DNA of 64,000 nucleotides from an uncultured Candidatus Saccharibacteria bacterium (lineage in GTDB: Bacteria > Patescibacteriota > Minisyncoccia > Phycocordibacterales > UBA5272). The DNA lies in NCBI GenBank assembly GCA_964464695.1, contig CAYXKW010000006.1:2489-66488 (forward strand). Reading direction: 5' to 3'. Below are positions 57,020-64,000 of this stretch, one piece after another. The position numbers and the translations under genes are program-made. The stretch's first letter is position 1; each line of letters starts with the position of its first letter. The notes under the pieces are model-generated. The model saw nothing but the letters and a program-made list of their open reading frames with translations, made no database searches and had not been told where the DNA came from.

Positions 57020-58436
57020 GTATGATGTGATAGTTATAGGTGGTGGATCAGGGGGCTTAAATGTAGCTTCATTTTTTGCTCGTATCCAGATGAGTGTGCT
57101 TCTGGTTGACAAGAATGAAGAATCTCTGGGAGGTGACTGTTTAAATACTGGATGTGTACCGAGTAAAGCCCTTATTCATATTGCTTCATTATGTAAAGCG
57201 TCCAGAAGTTCTCATAAGTATGGCTTAACTTCACAAGGTGAAGTAGATATAGCTCTTATTATGAATGAAATAAAGAGAAAGCAGGGAATAATCAGAGCCC
57301 ATGAAAATAGCACAGCCCTAGAAGAAAAGGGAATTGATGTGGTCCTAGGAAAAGCATTATTTACAGGAAGAAATTCTGTGAGTGTTAACGGAGAAAGTTT
57401 TGTATTTAAAAAATGTGTGCTTGCAACTGGTTCACGAGCGCGTATGCTCGATATCCAAAATGATATGAGCGTGAGAATGTTTAGTAATGAGACAATTTTT
57501 GATATAGATTATTTACCCAAGCAATTTGTGTTTATCGGAGGTGGTCCAATTAGTTGTGAGCTCGGACAAGCATTTGCTCGACTAGGATCACACGTGACGA
57601 TACTTAATACTCAAGATAGAATTGTCCCTCGAGAGCTACAAGCGACTAGTGAGATACTTTCGTCTAGTTTTCAAAATGACGGTATTACTATAATCAATAA
57701 AGCGACAATCACTAAGATACAAGATCAAAAAGTATATTTCACAACAGAGAATGATGAGACGATGAGAGAATTATCGACAGATGCTATTTTTGTTGGAATT
57801 GGTCGGGTGCTCAATGTTGAAGGATTGGATCTAGAAAATGCCCTAGTTGAAACTGATGAGAAAAAAACTAAAGTACTTGTTAATGAATACTTGCAAACAA
57901 CCAATCCAGTTGTCTATACAGTAGGGGATATCGCTGGGTCATTTATGTTTACACACACTGCAGAGGAACATGCAAAAGTAGTTATTAATAATATGGTGTC
58001 GCCATTACGCAAAAAAATGCCAATAACGATGCCATGGGTAACCTATACAAGTCCGCAGATTGCGACATTTGGAAAAGGAGAAGCAGACCTTGATAAGGAT
58101 GGTGTATGGTATGAAGTGCTTGAGACTTCGTTTGAAGATGAAGATAGGGCAATTACTGATGATGCTCAAATTGGTTTCGTTCGAGTCTACATAGACAAGA
58201 AAGGGCTATTACTTGGTGGAACAATGGTGGGTGATGATGCAGGAGAGTTAATTCAAGAACTTTTATTGCTACATACGCTCAGCCTTCCTCTTTTAGAGTT
58301 GTATAAGAAAGCGTATCCATATCCAACGAAATCGAGAATCAATAGAAAACTAGTAGCTGGATATCTTTCTAGAAGATTGACGTATAGAAACAGTGTAATA
58401 CTACGATTACTATTCAAAATAAAATCATTATTCTAG
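57006..58436 (+). CDS. Class I pyridine nucleotide-disulfide oxidoreductase (dihydrolipoamide dehydrogenase / mercuric-reductase-like)
   Basis: DVIVIGGGSGGLNVA FAD fold, redox-active GGDCLNTGCVPSK, an NAD fold, and a C-terminal dimerisation domain with a His-Glu pair. The start overlaps the upstream VTT gene's end. Confidence 0.8.
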   Translation: MKKNKYDVIVIGGGSGGLNVASFFARIQMSVLLVDKNEESLGGDCLNTGCVPSKALIHIASLCKASRSSHKYGLTSQGEVDIALIMNEIKRKQGIIRAHENSTALEEKGIDVVLGKALFTGRNSVSVNGESFVFKKCVLATGSRARMLDIQNDMSVRMFSNETIFDIDYLPKQFVFIGGGPISCELGQAFARLGSHVTILNTQDRIVPRELQATSEILSSSFQNDGITIINKATITKIQDQKVYFTTENDETMRELSTDAIFVGIGRVLNVEGLDLENALVETDEKKTKVLVNEYLQTTNPVVYTVGDIAGSFMFTHTAEEHAKVVINNMVSPLRKKMPITMPWVTYTSPQIATFGKGEADLDKDGVWYEVLETSFEDEDRAITDDAQIGFVRVYIDKKGLLLGGTMVGDDAGELIQELLLLHTLSLPLLELYKKAYPYPTKSRINRKLVAGYLSRRLTYRNSVILRLLFKIKSLF

Positions 58437-58805
58437 ACATTGCAAAGCGTAAGAGATTGACAATCTTAGTTTTATTATGTATTGTGTTTATAAATAGCAC
58501 TTTAGTAAAGGGTCTCAAATGAATTTAGTTTGTTCAGAGTGCGCTAAATTAATAGTGCCTCACTTAACCAAATATGTCGCTGGATATGGAGTTCTCCAGA
58601 TTGCACCAAGCAGTCAGAGGCCATTTGTACCAAAACATGGACCACAAAGAGGTAAGGCTCAAGCTCTTGTCCTTGATACTTCGTCCGGCAAAGTGACGGT
58701 AATCGATAAGGTATGTATTGGATCCTATCGTCAACCGGCATCCACACATCCTTAAATAAATCAAAAAGCCCCCATACGAATATGGAGGGCTTTTTCTTGT
58801 AGTCA

Positions 58806-59060
58806 TTATTTAGGCACAGCTCCTCCGACTCGGTCCATCGAAGCACGAAATTCATCTACAGCGTCACTAAATGCTGGGATAACTCCTGCGATGTTAAGTA
58901 TCCATCCAACAATCGTAAGAATAATAGCCGCTCCAACAAGGTACCCCGCACCTTGTAACATCCCACGCACAAAATACGAAGAAAAATTAGTGATACCTTT
59001 TCTAATTAAAACTAGTTCCTTCTCAATTTTTTCTAAATGGTTTTCTAAGTCTGGATTCAT
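58806..59060 (-). CDS. Small membrane protein (84 aa)
   Basis: One or two TM helices (LVGAAIILTIVGWILNIAGV). Bidirectional terminator at 58768-58797. Confidence 0.3.
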   Translation of the reverse strand: MNPDLENHLEKIEKELVLIRKGITNFSSYFVRGMLQGAGYLVGAAIILTIVGWILNIAGVIPAFSDAVDEFRASMDRVGGAVPK

Positions 59061-59120
59061 ATTAAAATAGTATAGCGTATTTGTGGGGATTTGTGATCTG
59101 TATCTACATGTATTAACTTT

Positions 59121-59149
59121 ACAGTGTCTACCATATACCCTATACTATA
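59121..59149. promoter_or_regulatory. Perfect 29-bp palindrome CCATATACCCTATA-C-TATAGGGTATATGG carrying the ATACCC..GGGTAT CsoR-type operator core, immediately upstream of csoR
   Basis: The reverse complement of the left arm equals the right arm exactly. The ATACCC-N-GGGTAT core matches the known operator type of CsoR-family repressors. Confidence 0.6.
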
Positions 59150-59155
59150 GGGTAT

Positions 59156-59434
59156 ATGGTACAATACAACACACTTAAACATGGCGAGCCAAATATAAAA
59201 GCTCGTAAAGTTATTAATATGGCGATAGGGAGTGTCGCTAAGATTCCTCATATGGTTGATGAGAATAGATACTGTCCGGAAGTAATTCAACAAATAGATA
59301 GTGTTATAGGACTGCTCCACAGCGCTCGTAAAGAATTACTTAAAGGCCACTTAGAATCTTGTCTTGCCGAGCGTCTCAAGACTGATAAGGAAGGTTCAAT
59401 CAAAGAACTTCTTAAAATCTATAACATGCAGTAA
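59156..59434 (+). CDS. csoR: CsoR/RcnR-family metal-sensing transcriptional repressor
   Basis: ARKVINMAIGSVAKIPHMVDENRYCPEVIQQIDSV...HSARKELLKGHLESC gives the Cys-His-Cys metal ligands of the DUF156/CsoR fold. Confidence 0.75.
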   Translation: MVQYNTLKHGEPNIKARKVINMAIGSVAKIPHMVDENRYCPEVIQQIDSVIGLLHSARKELLKGHLESCLAERLKTDKEGSIKELLKIYNMQ

Positions 59435-59438
59435 TCAT

Positions 59439-61748
59439 ATGAATACAATAAACGTCTACAGAGTAAAAGGAATGCACTGCGCATCGTGTGCATCAATTAT
59501 CGAAAGAACTGTCAAAAAAATGGATGGTGTGGAAGATGTCTCGGTAAATAGCGGCACTGAGAACGCAAAAATTACTTTTAATGAAACTAAGGTAACAGGA
59601 GAAGATTTTAACAAGAAATTAGTACCACTTGGGTATACTCTTACTGAAAACATGCCTACGAATCTCTCTGCTCATGATATGGGTATGAGTGAAGATGAGC
59701 ACGCCACTCATCTTGGACTTAATCAGTCAAAAACTGAGAAATTACAAGAAATAAAGGACATGAAGAAAGGTGTGTACGGAGCTCTCCCCCTTGCGGTATT
59801 TAGTGTCCTTATTATGGCATGGGAAATCCTTGGCAAGTATGATGTCGTTCCTCAGATGTCTCACACTATCTATGAATTTTTCCACCATTTGCTTCCACTA
59901 TTTGCTACGTATATTTTTGTAACAATTGGTAAGCCGTATCTACTAGGTGTATATAGATTTTTACGATACGGGAAAGCAAACATGGATACGCTCATTGGTA
60001 TCGGTACATCAGTTGCTTTTATCTATAGTTTTATAGTGACAGCGTTTGAAGATGTGTTAAAGCCATATCTTAACGTCCAGTATAATTTCTACGACGTAAC
60101 TATTGTCGTGATAACCTTTGTCGCGCTTGGTAAATATCTTGAAGCAAAGTCAAAAGTAAAAACAGGAGATGCGATTGAAAAGTTATTAGGACTGCAGGCA
60201 AAAAAAGCTGTCGTTATAAGAGATGGAAAAGAAATTGAGATTCCTGCAGATATGGTAGTCATAGATGATATTGTTGTTGTTAAGCCAGGATCCAAAATTC
60301 CGGTGGATGGAGTGGTGGTTGAAGGAAGCTCCTATGTCGACGAATCGATGATCACAGGTGAGCCGGTACCAACAGAGAAAACAATTGATTCCTCAGTTGT
60401 ATCTGGAACCATAAACACAAATGGAACGATTAATTTCAGGGCGACAAAAGTTGGCTCTGAAACATTGCTCGCACATATTATCCACATGGTAGAAGAGGCG
60501 CAGGGTTCAAAAGCCCCAATTCAAGCTCTTGCGGATAAGATATCTTCAGTCTTTGTTCCTGTTGTGCTTGTCGTTGCTTTCCTTTCATTTGGTGCATGGA
60601 TGTATTTCGGAATTCCTGCACTTGGGTTTTCACAAGCTCTTTCGTACGGCCTAACTTCTCTTGTTGCTGTATTAGTAATAGCTTGTCCGTGTGCGTTAGG
60701 GCTAGCAACTCCCACTGCGATTATCGTTGGGGTTGGGAAGGGGGCTAAAGAAGGGATTCTTGTTAAAGATGCAACCGCACTTGAAACATTGTATAAAGCA
60801 AACGTCATTGTGGTTGATAAGACAGGAACCATTACAAAAGGTAAACCAGAGTTTAGTAAGATAGATGTACTTGGCACTATGAATCAAGAGGATGCTATTG
60901 CGATTCTTTCAACACTTGAATCAAAGTCAGAACATCCAATTGCTCATGCAATTGTAACCTATGCGCAAGAGAACAATATAGCAGTACAAGAACTGAGTAA
61001 CTTCGAAAGTATTAAAGGTAAGGGGTTACAAGGTCTTATCAACGGTACGGAATATTTTGCAGGTAATAGTAAAATTCTTGATGACCTACACATTCCACAT
61101 GACGTGAATCTTCTTGAAAAAGAAACAAAAGAAGGAAAAACTCCCGTACTTCTTGCAACTAAAGACACATTACTAGCGGTTGTGTATGTGGCAGATCAAG
61201 TAAAACCAGAAGCTAAAGATATGGTAGAAGCACTTCACAAGCTAGGCAAGAAAGTAATTATGCTCACAGGCGATACTAAAAATACGGGTGAATATATTGC
61301 CAATCTAGTAGGTATTGATGAAGTGATTGGAGATGTAATGCCAGAAGATAAACTAAACGTTATCAAGGATTTACAAGCACAAGGAAATATTGTGGTTATG
61401 GCAGGTGATGGGGTAAATGATGCACCAGCACTTGCACAAGCAGATGTTGGGGTCGCTATGGGAACAGGGACAGATGTTGCGATTGAGTCCGCAGGAATAA
61501 CTCTTTTAGGAGGGGACGTTTCGAAGCTTGTAAAAGCTGTACGACTATCACAGATAACAATGAATGGTATAAAGCAAAATCTTTTCTGGGCGTTCTCCTA
61601 CAATATTATTGGTATTCCTCTTGCGGCAGGAGTTTTCTTTCCTTTTTTTGGATGGCTCCTATCACCAGTATTTGCAGGACTCGCTATGGCGCTCTCGTCA
61701 GTCTCAGTTGTTTCAAATTCCCTACGAATTAAAGTAAAAACACTATAA
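59439..61748 (+). CDS. copA: Copper-translocating P1B-type ATPase
   Basis: N-terminal HMA GMHCASCASIIE, TM CPC motif (ACPCALGLATP), DKTGTIT, GDGVNDAPAL. The start is taken at MNTINVYRV; the track begins 75 nt earlier. Confidence 0.9.
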   Translation: MNTINVYRVKGMHCASCASIIERTVKKMDGVEDVSVNSGTENAKITFNETKVTGEDFNKKLVPLGYTLTENMPTNLSAHDMGMSEDEHATHLGLNQSKTEKLQEIKDMKKGVYGALPLAVFSVLIMAWEILGKYDVVPQMSHTIYEFFHHLLPLFATYIFVTIGKPYLLGVYRFLRYGKANMDTLIGIGTSVAFIYSFIVTAFEDVLKPYLNVQYNFYDVTIVVITFVALGKYLEAKSKVKTGDAIEKLLGLQAKKAVVIRDGKEIEIPADMVVIDDIVVVKPGSKIPVDGVVVEGSSYVDESMITGEPVPTEKTIDSSVVSGTINTNGTINFRATKVGSETLLAHIIHMVEEAQGSKAPIQALADKISSVFVPVVLVVAFLSFGAWMYFGIPALGFSQALSYGLTSLVAVLVIACPCALGLATPTAIIVGVGKGAKEGILVKDATALETLYKANVIVVDKTGTITKGKPEFSKIDVLGTMNQEDAIAILSTLESKSEHPIAHAIVTYAQENNIAVQELSNFESIKGKGLQGLINGTEYFAGNSKILDDLHIPHDVNLLEKETKEGKTPVLLATKDTLLAVVYVADQVKPEAKDMVEALHKLGKKVIMLTGDTKNTGEYIANLVGIDEVIGDVMPEDKLNVIKDLQAQGNIVVMAGDGVNDAPALAQADVGVAMGTGTDVAIESAGITLLGGDVSKLVKAVRLSQITMNGIKQNLFWAFSYNIIGIPLAAGVFFPFFGWLLSPVFAGLAMALSSVSVVSNSLRIKVKTL

Positions 61749-61750
61749 TC

Positions 61751-62755
61751 ATGAAATCATATACATTCTATGTTTCGGGGACTCATTGTGCGTCTTGTAA
61801 AATCTTAATTGAAGATATTTTACGTGAAGAAAAAATTGTTTCAAATGTACAGGTTAATCTTAATGACCAAACAATAACAGTGGACAGCAACGAAACAAAC
61901 ACAACCACACTTGCCAAAATGCTCAGTGAAAAAATAAAAGACAATGGTTATAGTGTTTCTACTGAAAAAGTACAAGAAGAAAAGAAGGGTGAGGATAATT
62001 TATGGCAAGCTATTCTTATAGGTCTTATTTTTCTTGTGGCATTTTACATGTTACAAAAATCAGGAGTACTTAATTTTGGTATCGGTGGACAATTAACACC
62101 GACTACAGCTTTTCTTGTTGGCCTTGTAGCGTCTGTTTCCACTTGTTTGGCAGTAGTTGGAGGACTCATTCTTTCACTTTCAGCCAAGGTTTCTCAAGAT
62201 GATAAACATAACAAGAAATCTATCTATCTATTCCACGTGGGGAGAATGCTGGGCTTCGCAGTTCTGGGTGGACTACTAGGTCTTCTTGGTAAAGGGCTTG
62301 GAGTTAATTATATTTTCTCTTCTGTGCTTGGAATACTTGCTGCTTTAATTATGATTGTGCTTGGGCTTAACCTAGTCGGGGTGTTTAAACAGAATAAATT
62401 CACTCTACCTCCTACACTCTTTAGTTTTTTTAGAAAAATTGAGCATCAAACACTTGCACCATTGTTACTTGGTATTGGAACGTTTTTTTTACCGTGTGGG
62501 TTTACACAATCAATGCAAGTGTCTGCACTTTCTAGTGGGTCATTTATGTCTGGCTCGCTGGTTATGTTTTTCTTTGCTCTTGGAACACTCCCAATGCTTG
62601 CACTCCTTTCATTTGGAGCGTCTTCGTTTGCAAATTCAAAGTATGCATCATTATTTTTCAAGTCCGCTGGCGTTGTCGTCTTAGGATTAGGATCATTTGC
62701 GGTACTTTCTGGTCTTGTTGGACTAGGCATTATTAATCCATTATTCAATATTTAA
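61751..62755 (+). CDS. HMA (copper-chaperone-like) domain fused to a polytopic membrane domain with conserved Cys (DsbD_2/CcdA-like)
   Basis: The N-terminal GTHCASCKILIE heavy-metal-associated fold is followed by about 6 TM containing VSTCLAVVGG and FFLPCGFTQS motifs. Confidence 0.55.
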   Translation: MKSYTFYVSGTHCASCKILIEDILREEKIVSNVQVNLNDQTITVDSNETNTTTLAKMLSEKIKDNGYSVSTEKVQEEKKGEDNLWQAILIGLIFLVAFYMLQKSGVLNFGIGGQLTPTTAFLVGLVASVSTCLAVVGGLILSLSAKVSQDDKHNKKSIYLFHVGRMLGFAVLGGLLGLLGKGLGVNYIFSSVLGILAALIMIVLGLNLVGVFKQNKFTLPPTLFSFFRKIEHQTLAPLLLGIGTFFLPCGFTQSMQVSALSSGSFMSGSLVMFFFALGTLPMLALLSFGASSFANSKYASLFFKSAGVVVLGLGSFAVLSGLVGLGIINPLFNI

Positions 62756-62774
62756 ATTTGGTATACTTACACGT

Positions 62775-63191
62775 ATGAACAAAACAACCTCCATCATTCT
62801 TGCAGTCTTGTTAATCGGTGGAACACTATACTTTACAAGCCGAGACAGTGCTTCTTCTAGCTCTCAAACAGGAACTACACAGAAAGTTGGAAATATTCCT
62901 GTAGAAAATAGTGTTATACAAGATGGCATTCAATATATAACCATAACCGCACAAGGTGGTTATTCCCCAAGAATGTCTGTTGCAAAATCCGGCATCCCAA
63001 CCAAACTAATTGTAAAAACAAATGGAACCTACGACTGCTCATCCTCATTAGTCATTCGGTCTCTTAGCTATAGAAACATACTGCCTAATACCGGAGAAAC
63101 AACTATTGACGCAGGAACCCCGAAAGTAGGGGACACATTACAAGGAACATGTAGTATGGGGATGTATAGTTTTTTGGTGACGTTTAGTTAA
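62775..63191 (+). CDS. Secreted cupredoxin-like domain protein (cop-operon associated)
   Basis: Signal/TM, then ITAQGGYSPRMSVAKSGIPTKLIVKTNG...GDTLQGTCSMGMYSFLVTF, matching the Cupredoxin_1 pattern (C..M.M..G.l.V). Confidence 0.55.
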   Translation: MNKTTSIILAVLLIGGTLYFTSRDSASSSSQTGTTQKVGNIPVENSVIQDGIQYITITAQGGYSPRMSVAKSGIPTKLIVKTNGTYDCSSSLVIRSLSYRNILPNTGETTIDAGTPKVGDTLQGTCSMGMYSFLVTFS

Positions 63192-63296
63192 TGTTTGCGA
63201 CTGCTACATAATTAAGAAACCTCCAAGTATTGAGCTAATCTTGTAGCTCTCTAGAGCTGTATTTAATTAAACTAAGTAACTTTAGTCTACATAAAT

Positions 63297-63500
63297 CTAT
63301 TTCGACTTAATTTTCTTTATTAAAAATAGTATTCCTAATAACAAAAATAATACTAAACTAATAATAAGGGCAAATGCTCCGAGAGGAAGAAATAAACTGT
63401 CATGAAGTACACCGTCATCACTAACATATCCATAGAAAGTGTTTTGAATACCCAAAAAGACAATGCCGACAAATAATAAAATTACACCAGCTATTTTCAT
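63297..63500 (-). CDS. Small two-TM membrane protein (67 aa)
   Basis: Hydrophobicity only. Confidence 0.25.
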   Translation of the reverse strand: MKIAGVILLFVGIVFLGIQNTFYGYVSDDGVLHDSLFLPLGAFALIISLVLFLLLGILFLIKKIKSK

Positions 63501-63574
63501 AGTTTAATGGTATCACATTTGTGAACCCTAAAGCTGCATTTCCAATTGATTGAGTACAATCTGTTAAAAATGGG

Positions 63575-63840
63575 AGGATCAAGTCACAAATCTGCTGATT
63601 TGCTTCCCGGAGAATCTTCTACAAGTCCCATGTCGCCGCTCGTCGGACTCGACTTTGCCTCCCGGCATGATTTACTAATCGGCTGCCGCTCGTTCAGCAG
63701 AATGACTCTTGGAGTATGCGATTCGGCCTGCTGGCCTCATAACGCTCTTCCATCGATTCTCCACGCAAGTGACGCAGGTCACTTACTGTGAGGTCACAAA
63801 TATAAGAAACCACCCAACATTGGGTGGTTTCTTATATTTG
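63575..63840. repeat. GC-rich ~260-bp element with imperfect terminal inverted repeats that embed tRNA-Glu T-arm-like segments (CCCGGAGAATC / GATTCTCC) and the GTCACAAATCTGC motif. It abuts the tRNA-Glu 3' end and may be a MITE-like or structured-RNA element.
   Basis: Left end GTCACAAATCTGCTGATTTGCTTCCCGGAGAATC; right end GATTCTCCACGCAAGTGACGCAGGTCAC; then GTCACAAAT begins the perfect palindrome. The core is ~60% GC, against a much lower genome GC. Confidence 0.35.
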
Positions 63841-63847
63841 TGACCTC
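63790..63847. terminator. Perfect 27-bp inverted repeat (58-nt hairpin, 4-nt loop) overlapping the tRNA-Glu 3' end
   Basis: GAGGTCACAAATATAAGAAACCACCCA-ACAT-TGGGTGGTTTCTTATATTTGTGACCTC; the right arm overlaps the tRNA acceptor 3' strand. Confidence 0.55.
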
Positions 63848-63912
63848 ACGGAGAATCGAACTCCGATTACAGGCATGAGAAGCCTGTGTCCTAACCGTTA
63901 GACGATGAGGCC
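63841..63912 (-). tRNA. tRNA-Glu (anticodon CTC)
   Basis: Minus strand: acceptor GGCCTCA/TGAGGTC (one G-U pair), D-arm GTCT-AACGGTTA-GGAC, anticodon stem CAGGC/GCCTG with loop TTCTCAT, T-arm CGGAG-TTCGATT-CTCCG. Confidence 0.8.
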
Positions 63913-64000
63913 AATATTTATATTTAATGTAATCTAGTGTGCTTATTGAATCTTTTACTTTACTCCGGACACAGGAAACCTGTTAAGCCTCACGGCACGA

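Noticed and set aside
58519-58855. Overlapping 78-103-aa ORFs on both strands between the reductase gene and the small membrane gene
   Set aside because: No SD, no motifs, and they overlap one another on opposite strands, so they are most likely spurious. The region probably holds only the terminator at 58768-58797.
63913-64000. Partial tRNA at the window's 3' edge (CACGGCACGA...)
   Set aside because: No acceptor or T-arm pairing can be completed within the window. The ACAGG-AAA-CCTGT hairpin has a 3-nt loop, which is too small for an anticodon arm.

Overview
This is a low-GC (roughly 35-40%), gene-dense bacterial chromosomal window. Most genes are housekeeping and sit on the + strand: pheS, pheT, murC, murD, gyrB, thrS (-), typA, murJ, lepA, valS (-), secA, murF, a fused msrA-msrB, and a csoR-copA copper operon. 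Several core proteins are unusually compact: a 270-aa PheS, a 644-aa PheT and a 717-aa ValS. Together with many secreted or membrane proteins of unknown function, this suggests a small-genome, CPR/Patescibacteria-like lineage, though that is inference only. RNA genes I can support are five tRNAs (Thr-TGT +, Ser-GGA +, Arg-CCT -, Phe-GAA +, Glu-CTC -) and a compact RNase P RNA on the minus strand (37004..37348) with its own terminator. The most interesting candidate system is a bacterial SET-domain lysine methyltransferase (47441..48028) followed by an unannotated 35-aa AKK-repeat histone-H1/Hc1-like ORF (48326..48433), flanked by consensus DnaA boxes. Other accessory or unusual content: (1) a partial giant PT-repeat surface protein, a triple-LamG secreted protein and a peptidoglycan-binding secreted protein; (2) an HTH plus LAGLIDADG-like ORF overlapping tRNA-Thr; (3) a GC-elevated island of SD-led small ORFs between gyrB and thrS; (4) a LemA-HtpX-LemA-TPM membrane-stress cluster; (5) an array of degenerate direct repeats after tRNA-Ser that reiterate its 3' end (att-like); (6) GC-rich palindromic elements next to tRNA-Arg and tRNA-Glu that share a GTCACAAATCTGC motif; (7) a ~300-bp strongly GC-rich island just upstream of secA containing an SD-led 53-aa ORF and a terminator; (8) two candidate structured small RNAs; (9) very long perfect hairpins; (10) a perfect ATACCC..GGGTAT CsoR-type operator palindrome. 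No rRNA and no CRISPR are present.
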